Source of the DNA: Okamejei kenojei
Lineage: Eukaryota
Assembly (NCBI GenBank): GCA_035221665.1
Contig: CM069145.1
Coordinates: 18,166,001-18,230,000 of the forward strand
DNA: 64,000 bases
Reading direction: 5' to 3'
The notes beneath the pieces were generated by a model. It saw only the letters and a list, made by a program, of their open reading frames with translations, made no database searches and was not told where the DNA came from. Position numbers and translations under genes: made by a program. The number at the start of each line of letters is the position of its first letter. Positions within the stretch are counted from its first letter, which is position 1. Shown here piece after piece: positions 13,151 to 26,459 of this stretch.

Positions 13151-13409
13151 ATGGGAGTGAAGCTGACTGGGGATGAATAACTCTAGGTTTTGGTACAATG
13201 AAAGGTAAATCTGCTCAGGAACTCAATTTCTAAGCAGAAGAATCCTCAGTAAAGGTAAACTGCACTGCCGTTAAACAAAACTGCAACAATCTCAGAAAAG
13301 TAAGTCTAATATAGCTGTCAATAAATAATATTGCTGTTTATTTATTCCATATTTAAAACTGGTCAGGGAAAACAAGTAGTCATATTAGTGACTTTACACA
13401 ATCAGCTGT

Positions 13410-13506
13410 TTAAGAAAGAACTGCAGGTGCTGCAAAAATCGAAGGTAGACAAAAATGCTGGAGCAAAGGAATAGGTGATGTTTCGGGTCGAGACCCTTCT
13501 TCAGAC
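13410..13506 (-). mobile_element. Penelope pLTR-derived repeat with hammerhead core
   Basis: Minus strand CTGAAGAAGGGTCTCGACCCGAAACATC (13477-13504). Flanking repeat ACACAATCA(G/T)CTGT. Confidence 0.8.
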
Positions 13507-13869
13507 ACAATCATCTGTCGTAAAGCTCATTTACCATTGCACCAGCAAAAAACATGAAATAAAATCCTTCAATAAAATTGCAATTTGATTTGTTCAGTTA
13601 CAATAAATAACTGTCCCTCTTATAATGTTCTACTGTTCCAAATCATCATGAATGGTAATTTTACAGAAATTACTCCAGAAGTTTAATTGGAAGTGCACAA
13701 TAATGCATATGGGAAATGCATACATGGCAAACTTTTATGAAGAAGTATTTGTTTTACCTGATGGTGCAATCATCTCTTCCTTTTTTTAAATATTGCTTAA
13801 TCTGTTTTTTTTTTAATTTCACATCCAACATATATTATCAAATCAAGATATGGCAGGGGTAAATAAATA

Positions 13870-14690
13870 TATGGGTCATGTAGGCCTGTGGCCTACAATA
13901 TCTGTGCTGAACATGATGCCAAGTAAAACTAATATTCTCTACCTGCATGTAATCAATATCCCTCCACTTCCTGCATATCCATGTGCCTATCTAAAAGCCT
14001 CTTAAACGCCACTATCATGTCTGCATTTATGTCCAAGCCATTTGTATACATATATAATGTATATCACGATCTAACCTCTGCCTTTCAAGAGTAAGCCAAT
14101 TCTCCATCCAAAATATCAACACATGATAGATTACATGCATCTTAATCTTCTGGATCAGCCTACCATGCGAGACTTTATCAAATTTCTTAGTAAAATCCAC
14201 ATGGGCAATATCCACTGCCTTACCCTCATTCGTCACCTTTGTCATCTCCTCAAAAACTTAAATTACGTTCGTAGGACATAAGCTGCTGCGGACAAAGTCA
14301 TGTTGACTGTCCCCAATTAGCCCATTCTCTTCCAAATACGAGTAAATCGTATTCCAAAGAATCCTATCCAATAACTTCCCTGCCATTGACATCAGGTTTA
14401 CTGGCCTGTACTGTACTACCTGGGTTATCTCTACTTTAACAAAAGGACAATATTGACAACACTCCAGTCATCTGGGACCTCGCCAGTGGACGACACAAAG
14501 ATTTTCATTAAGGTCTCTACAATATCCTCAATTGCCTCTCTCAAATAACCTGGAAATGATCTCATCAGGCCCTTGAGATTTATCCACCTTAATACTTTTC
14601 CAGAGATCCAATACCATTTTATTAATGATCTCAAACTGCCCTGTCATATACCTCACACTGATCTCATTACCCTCCACGTCCTTCTCAAAT
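13870..14690 (-). mobile_element. Degenerate CR1 RT and 3' fragments
   Basis: AVDIAHVDFTKKFDKVSHGRL and GEVPDDWSVVNIV motifs. Confidence 0.8.
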
Positions 14691-15273
14691 TTGGTTCATA
14701 TCTTTTATCACTTTACAATAAATTGGCAAATATGTAATGGATGCTTGTTTTCACAAGTATGTTTATAGAAATTATTGATTTTTTTGTAATGCTGAACCAT
14801 GTTTTGCAATTTTAATTATATATTGACATTTGTTTATATGCTTGTAAACATGCAATCATTTAGTCAATTTCCTTTGCTGTTTCCCTCCACTTTTCTGAAC
14901 TTTCAACTCCCTTTAGTTTCTTTCCTATGTCTCCTCATGATCTTTTCAAGTCCATCTTATTCATTAGGACCAATTCCCATCACCAACATTATTCTCACAA
15001 AACTGCTGACCACACAACTCTCCATGGATTACTAAGTACTGATAGTTCAGCTATAACACGTGTTTCAATACCGCAAATTGGATAAAATGTGTTCATGAAT
15101 TGGAGAACACTCTTTCTATTATGCAGGCCAAATTGATAATGTTGATTTCAATTGGGAAATAGGGAACAATTTAAAAGTGACCTTGAAAATGACAAACAGA
15201 ATAAAACCTATTTTACAAAAAACAACCTGGATTTCTATGGGATCTATGTAATCAGGCACCATTGTCACTGAGT

Positions 15274-15301
15274 CTGAAGAAGGGTCTCGACCCGAAACGT
15301 C
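15274..15301 (+). ncRNA. Minimal type I hammerhead ribozyme core in a Penelope pLTR repeat (15271-15365)
   Basis: CUGAAGA, extra A, stem II GGGU-CUCG-ACCC, GAAAC, then a GUC cleavage triplet. Activity not shown. Confidence 0.65.
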
Positions 15302-15379
15302 GCCCATTTCCTTCGCTCCATAGATAATGCCTCGCCCGCTGGGTTTCTCCACCATTTTTGTCTACCACTGTCTCTTAAC

Positions 15380-16150
15380 ATAGAATAGAATAGAATGCCT
15401 TTTATTGTCATTCAAACAGCTTTGGTTGAACAAAATTGCATTTTCTAGTCTTACAATACAAAAAAAAACCGCAAGACCCACACTACACAAACATCCATCA
15501 CAGTGAATCTCCAACACCTCTTCACTGTGATGGAAGGCAAACATCTTATCTCTTCCCTTTGCTCTTCTCCCGCAGTCCAACTGCAGCGTCGAGGCGAACT
15601 GGGGCTCCCGATGTTAAAGCCCCCGGCGGGTGATGGTAAGTCCCGTGGTCGTATCAGCCGCGCTGGGCGATGTTAGGCCTCGCTCCGACTCCTTTAAACC
15701 CCGCGATTCCTGCGGGGGAAGTTGCCGTTGCGGGAGCTCCGAAAAGCGGTCTCCCACCAGGGACCTGCGAGCTCCCGATGTTACCGTCCACCGGTGCCTC
15801 CGAAGTCGGGTCGCAGCCGTGTGCCACCACAGCTCTTCCCGCTCCGCGATGTCAGGTCTGCAGGCTCTGCGACTGGAGTCCTCAGGCAGGTTCAGGCCGG
15901 AGGCCACCGCCGGCTCCACGATGTTAGGCCCAGCGACATTGGAGACCCGACAGGAAAAAGTCGGGTCCCCGTACAGGGAAGAGACTAACGGTTTCCCCCA
16001 CCCCCCCCCCCCCCCCCCCCCCCCCCACACATATACACAGTTAAAGAAAAATAATAAAAATTCGAGTCAAGACATACAATTAACAAGACAAAAATTTAAA
16101 AAAAGACAGACGGACTGTAGTCGAGCCACTGCCGATAGGCGCCGCCACAC
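15380..16150 (-). mobile_element. Non-coding GC-rich LINE-dependent retroelement with Rex1/L2-like tail
   Basis: Minus strand starts GGCGGCGCC and ends stem-loop-TGACAATAAA-(TATTC)n. Shares GACCTGCGAGCTCCCGAT and CATCCATCACAGTGA blocks with 27765-29430. Confidence 0.7.
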
Positions 16151-18313
16151 CACGCATCAATCTGTCATTTTCACTGTGGGAGGCCATTGAAATTCACAAT
16201 CGATCGCTTTAATTGATATGTGCAATGATTATCAAATAATGTAACATACAGCCTTTAGCATTTTTAGCTTTCAGTAACAAAAATGAACTTAAACCTATTA
16301 AAAAGACCTTTATTTTTGGCAAATTGTCTAATACTGAGCACTATCTTTCACAAAGGCTATGATGACCTTAGTGTAGTTATATTGAATATTTACAGGAATG
16401 ATTTCAAGGATGAGAAAGTTGAAATCTCCTGTTCTAGGAATAGCCAGAAAAGCTTGGGTTATTGTGCTTAGAGTACAGAAAGTTTCTCACCTCCATCTTC
16501 TTTACAATACCCTTCCCCCAACCTGCCATTACTCGGTTTCTTTACTCTTCCCTGCTAGTTTGACCTAACCATCACCCCTTCTTTATCTGGGTCCACTTAT
16601 AGCTTCTTTATTTATCAGGTTTCAGATTGTGCCGCTCTTTGTTATCTCCACTTATCAACCCCCAACTGGGCTCCATCTGTCCATCAATACCCTACTCACC
16701 TGGTTCCACCTATTGTCTACCAGCTCTATCCATCCCTCACTATACCCTCTTTATATTGGCTACCCACCCCACCCCACCCCTGCATGTTTAGTCCTAATGC
16801 AGGGCCTCGACCCAAACATCAACTATCCCTACCTCTCTCCCCAGATGCTGTCTAATCCATTGAGATCCTCCGGCTGTTTGTTGTTTGCTTCTACCTTCAG
16901 CATAACTTACAATGTGATTACTAACTATACTTTAAGTGACTATTTCAGTATGCAGTACCAGATATAATTCAGTGTATAGCGTAATAGGCTTAGAAATAAA
17001 TTCCTTGATCATTAAAAATTAAATATAGCTCAAAGAAAAGTGCTATTTTTGTAATTTACACAATATTCTGCTATATTTCATTTCATACACAGATTTCATT
17101 TGTCTCTGCTACACAAAGTTAAGTTTGTCATGTATAACCAATCTAATGTATTAATAAGCAAACAATTTGAAGATCAATAGATGATATCATTAATCACCTG
17201 CATATCTTCCATAAACTAAAAATGTATCATCTTAATCAAATTAATCCAGGTATATAATTTCTATGAAGACTGAATATCCGTGAAACTTATTCTAATGCTC
17301 CCGACTTTTACATCAATATAATTTATTATACATCAAGTGAATATTAAATTGTAGCTCAAGCGTTTGAAATAACACCATAATTTTTTATTATTGATGAGAC
17401 ACAAAAATAACCTCAACATTTCTAAAATTTGTAGTTAACGTTTCATATTCTTGATTTTAAAGCCACAATCAGGCTATATTTTCTGGGCTAGAATTTTTTC
17501 AGAATTGACGCAGCTGAACATTGTGAAAGCTTGGATATCAAGTCTCAATCAGAAAGTGATTTTACAGACTGTTTTATGAAATTATACTGCTTAAAGAAAT
17601 AAAATTGCATTTTGAGATATTCAAAATGAATTTTCTCAGAGTTTAATTGTTTTCATTATATTGGAGAGGAAAGTTATTTCAACTGCCTGCTATAAACCAC
17701 ATTCTCCTGCCCCTCCATCCTTATTTCCAACAATGCACATGAACATCTTTCTCACCAAGATTAATACCACCAGTCAAACAATTCTACCTTTAAGTCCTTT
17801 TGAAAAATGAATACTGGAAACAATATCAGCGCACAAAGGAAATAAATCAAATGTAACTCTAACCAACAGCAGCTAAATAAACATTTGGCTATGGGTAAGA
17901 TTTTTATTTGTTCAAATATGTTGATCAGTCTGCTGATAGGAGTCACATTCCAAAGGTAATCTGCTGCCAATGACCAATCTGAATATTCCTATTAAATCAT
18001 GAAACTCATTTAAAACTATAGTTTATATATTTCTTCTTCCTTCTTTCTAAATCCATCCCCAAGAAACTGGCCAAGCTTCCAATGATAGGATTCAAAGTAT
18101 TCTAAATAAGAAATGAGTCCCTTATAACAAAGAATCGTGATACTATGTCAAAACCCATGTGTTTCAAATCAACTGTTCCAAAATGAACAGGAGAAATCGG
18201 CTACCAGAGGAGCAGTGGGTAATGATTTGTATTGATGTAATTAAGACAGTTGAAATGTTTTAAATAATTTTAAGTGTGTCTTATTAGTATTTTAATTTTT
18301 TTTAATAATTTTA

Positions 18314-18785
18314 GTTTAGAGACATGGAGTCATGGAGTGATAGTGTTGAAACAGGCCCTTTGGCCCAACTTGCCCACACCGGCCAATATGTCCCAGCTAC
18401 ACTGGTCCCATCTGCCTGCGCTTGGTCCCTCCAAACTTGTCCTATCCATGTATCTGTCTAACTGTTTCTTAAACGTTGGGATAGTCCCAGCCTCAACTAC
18501 TTCCTCTGGCAGCTTGTTCCACACACCCACCACCCTTTGTGTGGAAAAGTTAGCCCTCAGATTCCTATTAATTTTTTCCCCTTCACCTAGAACCTAGGTC
18601 CTCTGGTCCTCGATTGCCCTACCCTGGGCAAGAGACCCTGTGCATCTACCCGATCTATTCCTCTCATGATTTTATTCACCTCTATAAGATCACCCCTCAT
18701 CCTCCTGTGCTCCAAGGAATAGAGACCCAGCCTACTCAACCTCTCCCTACAGCTCACACCCTCTAGTCCTGGCAACATTCTGTGA
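18314..18785 (-). mobile_element. CR1 3' fragment
   Basis: RLGLYSLEHRRMRGDLIE and VWNKLPEEVVEA motifs plus CR1 3'UTR. Confidence 0.9.
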
Positions 18786-21060
18786 ACCTGTTTCTTCCTG
18801 CATACAGGCAGCAACTGAGGAGTGCACCTCCAGAGGTGAGGACTGCACAGAGATGGTCTGGGGAGGCAGAGGAACAACTAAAGGACTGCTTGGAGTCAGT
18901 AGACTGGGCAATGTTCAAGGACTCAGCAACAGACCTGAATGAATTTGCCACAGTTGTTACAGGCTTCATAAGGAAATGTGTGGAGGACTGTGTTCCTACA
19001 AAAACCTTCTGAGTGTTTCCTAACCAGAAGCCTTGGATGAATCAGGAGATCCGCATTCTTCTGAAGACCAGATCCCGGGCATTCAGGTCTGGTGACGCAG
19101 ATGTCTATAAGAAGTCCAGAAACGACCTTGACATGACCATCAAAAAGGCCAAAAGGGACTTCCGCTCAAAGCTGGAGGATGGGGCGAATGTTCGGCAACC
19201 ATGGCAGGGCTTGAATGCCATCACCTCCTACAAGACGAAATCAGGAGGCAGCTCAAGCGACAGCCAAGCATCACTCCCTGAAGAGCTCAATGCATTCTAC
19301 GCACGCTTTGATAGGGAGAACACTGATATGCCTTCCCAAGCCCCCATACATGGTATTACAGTCACAGGACCAGAGGACCTAGGTTCTAGGTGAAGGGGAA
19401 AAAATTAAAAAATTGGTATTACAGTCACAGTTACAGAGGCCGATGTCAGAAGATTCGTCAGGGGGGTGAACCCTCGGAAAGCGCCTGGACCTGATGATAT
19501 ACCCGGTCGAGTTCTCAAAACATGTGCAGACCAACTGGCTGGAGTTTTTGCAGACATTTTCAACCTCTCACTACTGAGGTCTGAGGTTCCCACCTGCTTT
19601 AAGAGAGCATCAATAATACCGGTACCCAAGAAGAGCAAGGTGACGTGCCTCAACGACTATCGATCAGTGGCACTAACGTCCGTGGTGATTAAGTGCTTTG
19701 AGAGGTTGGCGTATATCAACTCCTACCTCAGCATGAACCTTGACCCACTACAGTGCGCCTACCGTCACAACAGGTCAATGGAGGATGCGATTTCACTGGC
19801 TCTCCACTCCGCACTGGACTACTTGGACAATAAAACACTTACGCCAGGCTGTTGTTTGTTGACTACAGCTCTGCACTCAATACCATCATCCCCTCCAAGC
19901 TGGTTACCAAGCTCAAGGAACTGAGTCTCTGTGCATCCCTCTGCAGTTGGATCCTCGACTTCCTCATCCACAGACCATAGTCTGGTGGAAATGTGTCATC
20001 CTCGATAACTATCAGCACGGGAGCACCTCAGGTCTGCGTGCTCAGCCCCCTGCTCTACTCACTCTATACTCATGACTGTATAACATAGTGCGAACTCCAT
20101 CTTCAAGTTCGCCGACGACTCCACCGTTGTGGGACGAATTACAGATGGCAATGAGTCAGAGTATAGAAGTGAGATCGACCGATTGACCAAATAGTGCCAG
20201 CACGACAACCTGGCTCTCAATATCAGTAAAACCAAGGAACCGATTAGGGACTTTGGAAGAGGAAGGGTGAGGTCCCATAATCCTGTGTATATCAATGGGA
20301 CGATGGTGGAGAGAGTCAAAAACGTCAAATTCCTGGGCATTCATACTTCCGAAGATGTGAGGGCCGAATGGCCTTCTCCTGCACCTATATTCTATGTTTC
20401 TATACTGGATGGAGAGAGAGTTGGGCTAGTGGAGTCAAGGGATATGGGGAGAAGGCAGGCACGGGTTATTGATAGCGGACGATCAGCCATGATTATATCG
20501 AATGGCGGTGCTGGTTCGAAGGGCCGAATGGCCTCCTCCTGCACCTATTTTCTATGTTTCTCTATGTTTCTTTCCTGGACCCAGCACACTGATGCAATTA
20601 TAAATAAAGCACATCAACTTCCTGAGAAGATTAAGGAGATTAAGGAGATTCGGTATGTCAAAGAGGATTATCTTGAACTTCTACAGGTGTACAGTATAGA
20701 GCTTATTGAATGGTTGTATCATGGCCTGGTTCGGCAACTTGAACGCCCGGGAGCTTAAGACTACAAAAAGTTGTGACCACTGCCCAGTCCATCACCGGCT
20801 CTGACCTCCCCACCATCGAAGCAATTTATCGGAGTCGCTGCCTCAAAAAGGCAACCAACATCCTCAGAGACCCACACCATCCTGGCCTCACACTCATTTC
20901 ACCACTGCCATTGGGAAGAAGGTACAGGAGCCTGAAAACTGTAAAGTCCAGGTTCAGGAACAGCTTCTTCCAAACAGCCATCAGGCCATTAAACACTACA
21001 ACCTCAAAATTGTCTATTGTTATAACTACAATAGACTATTCTTATTATTGTGGCACTATT
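18785..21060 (+). mobile_element. Rex1/Babar-type LINE, 5'-truncated and frameshifted, with CR1 tails inserted at about 20357-20568
   Basis: FPNQKPWMN, KAPGPDDIPGRVLKTCADQL, CLNDYRSVALTS, KFADDSTVVG and SRFRNSFF motifs. Confidence 0.92.
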
Positions 21061-21099
21061 AAATATATATATATATATATATAAAATGGGTATATCTTG

Positions 21100-21590
21100 A
21101 CAATATCTTTCCTATAACACGGTGCCCAGAACTGAACACAATATTCTAATTGTGGTCTCACCAACATTTTATACAACTGCAACATGACCTCCCAACTTCT
21201 ATACTCAATCCTGACTGATGTGCCAATGTGCCAAAAGCCTTTTTGACCACTTTATCTACCTGCGACTCGACCTTCAAGGAACCATACACCTGCACCTCTG
21301 GAACACTCTGCTCTACAACACTCCTCAGAGGCCTATCCTACACTGTGGAGGTCCTGCCCTTGTTCGACGTCCAAAAATGCAACACCTCACACTTAATTAA
21401 ACCTCACACCTCACACTCTATATTAAATTCCATCAACCATTCCTCAGCTCATCTGGCCATTCGATCCAGATCCTGCTGCAATCTTTCACAACCATCTTAA
21501 TTATCTGCCAAACCTCCCACTTTTGTATCATCAGCAAACTTGCTAATTTTGTCTTGTATGTTCTCATCCAAATCATCAATCATCCAAATT
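21100..21590 (-). mobile_element. CR1 RT fragment
   Basis: DLDENIQDKISKFADDTKVGG motif. Confidence 0.85.
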
Positions 21591-22442
21591 CTCAACCAAA
21601 TTCTTTTAACATGACATTTTTTCTGAATAGATTCCATGTAAATTTGCATGTATGTAATGTTAAGACTTTGAAAGTTTGGGGCCAGTACCTCACCTGCTGT
21701 CAAAGTAATTCTCTCAGGTCTGTTCAAGTGAGAGTGTCTCTGTGCAGCACTATGTTGGACCGGGATTTACCAAATCAACTGAGAGATGGAAGAAAGCTTG
21801 ATACAGGTGTTGGTGGCTAACAATTTCAGAACCACTGAAAGAGTTGCCTTGTTACTACAAATTGTAATTGCATCGTGGAAATCTAGGCAATAAGCTTGCC
21901 TGAATTGGCAAGATTTTCACCAGTGCATTTGAGATTCAGTTATTCACAATGATGTCTATGAGTAGCTGATATATCTGAATAGTTGCCAAATTTATAATAA
22001 TGTGCCCCTAAACTTCAACAAACAATAAGTTTAAATGCTTCAGCAAAATGTAATAAAATCACATACTATTGTTTGGATTTATTTATTTCCCTTTCTTTCC
22101 ATGAGAAAAATATTCATTCCAAAATGCTACTTAAAAACCCACTTAAGAAAATACATTGGTTTCAATGCAGGAGACACTTGCAAAATTATGTAAGCCATTT
22201 GGCTCACATAATTCACGAATCACTACTCAAAAATTAGAGATATGCAATAAAATTAATGTCTCTTGACAAATACGCAGATAACATGTTTTAACGAAGATTG
22301 TGAAACAACCAGTTTTCTTGGAATGCAACCCTGCATTGAGAATGTCACCTGCATGCATTTTATTTTAAACTATCTTCGAATTTCCAACATAACAGCAAAA
22401 TACAATCCCAACATTTCAAATAGTTGGTTTTAATTCGTATAC

Positions 22443-22521
22443 CTGTAGTTCAAAGTTTGCTTGATCAAGAAATTTCTTGTTCAACATATCTGCATACTGA
22501 TTTATTGCTCGCAAGAAGACT
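22443..22521 (-). CDS. DOCK1: DOCK1 internal coding exon (79 bp)
   Basis: Polypyrimidine acceptor cttttgtctttcag| then A plus 26 codons VFLRAINQYADMLNKKFLDQANFELQ, then |gtatac donor. Matches DOCK1 as recalled and splices in frame to 1190-1290 across a ~21 kb intron. Confidence 0.95.
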
Positions 22522-23246
22522 CTGAAAGACAAAAGAAAAGAAACACATTGAACCACAATCCAAAACTCAACAATGATAAACATACACAAAAGTTTAAAGT
22601 TGTACATTGAAAAAAAAAAGATAATTTCATGGTAAATATAGCATGTATCAATATTGTAGGATCAGGAACAAACATTTCATTCAAGAAATGATTTCGGAAA
22701 TGGGCAAAATATACCATAGTGGAGGAACTCAGCAGGTCAGGTAGTATCTGTGGAGGGATTGGACAGACCACGTTTCCAGTCAGGGCTCTTCTACAGAATG
22801 AGGGTCCCATAGCAGAAGCGTCCACTTCGTGGGGCTGGAAACTGAGCTAATTCTGCTACCACCATCATCTATTGTAACAAGTGGTGGCTCCCACTGATTG
22901 CCACCAGAAGCTTGCACCCATTTCAGGATGGGCGATGACAGCAATGTCAACATTTGTAACAAGATGGACTCGAGCAAGAAGAATGGTCAGACTGACCATT
23001 CCTTCCCCATATGTTACCTGACCTGTTGAGTTCCTCCAGCATTTTGTGTTTTGCTCAAGATTCCAGCATCTGCAATTCCATCTGTCTCCATTTCTGAAAT
23101 GGGGTTTGTGAAGGATTAGTGTGCTTGGTGCATGAAAGCCAGTGGACCTGATGGGCCAATGGGCCTGTCTCCCTTCTGTAGAACCATATCAAATCTTGTT
23201 GAAGCATATGAACAATAAAACGTAACAATGAACAGCTTTTTTTTTG

Positions 23247-23447
23247 GAAGATTAAATATTCCCGAATGCAAAGAGGTGCAAGATGAAGGAGGGACTCTTA
23301 ATTTCTTCATGCTTTATGTGATACCCCATTTATCCATTTAGTATTTTTTATAGAAGATTAAATATTCCCAAATGCAAAGTGGTGCAAGATGAGGGAGGAA
23401 TTCTCAATTTCCTCATCTTTATGTGATACCTCATTCACCCATATAGT
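23247..23447. repeat. Two-copy ~106-bp tandem duplication
   Basis: GAAGATTAAATATTCCC...TTTATGTGATACC starts at 23247 and again at 23353. Confidence 0.85.
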
Positions 23448-26416
23448 AACAATATACATTGTGAAAAATATCAATTTCAACTGTGAAGTTCATTCATGTT
23501 GTTACTATTTATTCCTTTTCTCTAGAATATAAAGTACAATAGTATCCAGGAAATGATGGTCCAATGGACGATAATAGCAGTTACATAGCAGCCGCATGCC
23601 CTGCACAACAATCATTGCAGGGATTACCGAATGCAAATATTAGAGTAAGTTATGCATGCCTGTTTGTGATGATACACTCAGCATGGGTAAGAAGGCAAGA
23701 AACAACCCAGAAAGCTGCTTAACAGAAGTGGAACCACACTCTCAGTTCTTGGGAAGGTAGAGAAGTGAATGTCAGAGGCTTAAATTATGGAAATTATAAG
23801 TGCTTACAGAAGACAAGCACTTATTTCAAGTAGTGGCAGGCTTTTAACATAATGACTGAAATTAATGAGTCCATTTCCTGCTATGCAGTCATTTTATTTG
23901 GCATGCCCATACTGCAGTTTGCTCCATGCATGCCCATTTTCAGGTATTGCTGCAGCTGAGCTTTCATATCAGGAGTCAAAGTTACCAACCATTACAGTTT
24001 TGTGGGAGATTAAATAACTGTCATTAATTCTCCAAACTCTGATATGGAAAAACATCAGGGGAAAGAAGCATCAATTTAGCAATATATAAATATTGTAAAA
24101 TTTGTCAGCATTTGTTAATGCGTGATTACAGACAACAGTACTAATTAATGGAAATGACAATGCCGATTATTTAGCCATCTGCACCTTTTCTCGTGTTAAT
24201 TCTGCAACTAAAGTAACATTTTCCTAACGTGTCTTTTTTATCTGTTTATCCAATTTCCTTTCAAATTATGTTATAATTAACTCAAATATTCATATTTGTA
24301 AAATGTTCCTGTGTCGATATAATAGATACAGAAATTTGCAGTGGACTCAAAACCTAGAAGTGCAATAAACAATAGAGGGGATATTACGAGACATAGGGTA
24401 ATGGAATGGATTGATGCCAGGAAGTTGAAATTTAACACAGAGAAATGCAGTGTGTTACTGTTTGGAAAGAAGAATGAAAGACCATATAATCTAAAAACTG
24501 TGCAATTCTGAAGAGACTGCAGGAACAGAGAAATTGGGGTACAAATCTTTAATGGGTTGAAAAGTTTAGGAAAAGCATTCATAAAACTAGGTTTTGTAAA
24601 CAAAGTCAGAGAAGACAAAAACAAGAAATACTAAAACCCCTGTCTCACGGTGCGAGTTGACCCACGAGTGACCCCGATTTTTCACTTGCGGTAATCACGT
24701 ACAATCAATGTAGCGGGAACGTCGCAACTCGCGCGCTCAACTTAGCGACTCGTGGCGCTCACGGCAGGTACCCGTGAGACTTGTTAACTCGTGAAAAAAT
24801 TCAAACATGTTTGATGTTTTCCACGAGTCAAATTTACTGTTCAAGTTAAAAATGGAAACATTTAAACTCGTTGTATTAACGTCGTGGCTGTGCGTTTACC
24901 TTAGTGACTCGTGAGTCTACCGTGGGCACTCTTTAAATTATTTCAGTGCCATTCACACTTGAGTCTTAATCACAAAATTTAATTCACCCTCGACTAAATT
25001 TTCTTTGTTTTTTTGGTAATTTTCGTCTTATTTTCCCTTATGTACAATTTTATATATAATGTTTTTTTGTCACATGAGCAAAATACATGAATTAACTCAT
25101 TTCGTAAGTGTTTATTTTATTCAGCTTTTTTAACATCCTAAAAATGTTTAAAAAACTAGGAGTGAAAAAAAAAGTTTAATTACCACTGGAGTTGGAAAAT
25201 CATTCTATTAGAATGATTAAAAAAAACATTCCAATGTCTAAACACTGGGCTTCAGCCCTATCCTACCCTTTCAGGCTTTGATTACTGCAGTTATTTCTTG
25301 GAAAATTAACTATAAAAACCATGGAGTGTTTGATTTAATATATTTTTCTCCAACTAATATAACTTTCTATAACCCTCCCCGAAAGCTCACAAAACCACCA
25401 AATATCAACTTTGGTAGCTACATTTCTACACAAAATAAAGTTACAGTTCAACAGTTGCATATGGCGATCCTCCAGTGTTGCCATTTATAAATGTATGATC
25501 ACACTAGCTCGTCTGGTCTTCCCTAAACGGTTATATTACAGTAAATTTGGAAAATATCCTGTTACGTTGAAATTAGAAAACCATAGGTATAGATAAAAAA
25601 ATATCAAAGTTCCAGCTCCACTGCCATTAAAACCAATGAGCTTACTAACCACTTTAATGGCAATGTCTTTTTTTAAGTATAGAAAACAAAATCTGGATAA
25701 ATTATGTCATTCACACTTCACCCACCCATCTAGTTTCATTCACTCCATAAAATAATTTAATTCACGCTTGGGTGAACCATTCACCAGTTTAAGAAGCACT
25801 GATATAGCGCATTGCATCCGAAAAGTGAAATCAGACTTCAGGAAGGGTGTCCGAACTTCCGGACAGCAACGGGCCGTGCATCGCTGCTTTCGGAGACGAA
25901 TCAATGAACGTTGGATTTTCCTGACGCGTAGATTTACAACCAATAGGGATTACAAGATCACAAGTTTCCTGATTTACAGCCTGTAAACGATCACAACCAT
26001 CGCCCAGTCACAGCCCACGTTGATCAGTCCGAACTAACATCATCAGCGTGAATAGAGTATTCACAAAGGGATTTTTTTTCCCTCTTCCAAGTACATTCTA
26101 TAAATCGATTGCTGGGTTTTCTCCGCTCTATCTTTCGCTCAGGTGCCTTTCCTCCCCTTCCATCAGTTTACGATTCACTTCTCTCCACTATCTTTCCTCT
26201 TTTTTTACTCAGCGGGCAGGCAGCATCACTGGAGAGAAGGAATTGGTGACGGGATGACATTGTGCTATTTGATCACCCCGTCAGCTCCAGCGTTTTGTGT
26301 CTATCTTCGGTTTAAACCAGCATCTGCAGGCAGTTCCTATCCTACACTTTATTCCTTTCTTGGCGTCTTCTGGGCAAATGTTGCCTTCTACACGAACAGT
26401 CTTGGATGATATTGTT

Positions 26417-26457
<41 letters not shown>
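26417..26457. repeat. (GT)n(GA)n compound microsatellite
   Basis: Read directly from the sequence. Confidence 0.95.

Positions 26458-26459
<2 letters not shown>

Noticed and set aside
25740-25990. Possible Harbinger transposase or Myb/SANT ORF remnants
   Set aside because: No recognisable DDE or Trp-repeat motifs in the frames examined.
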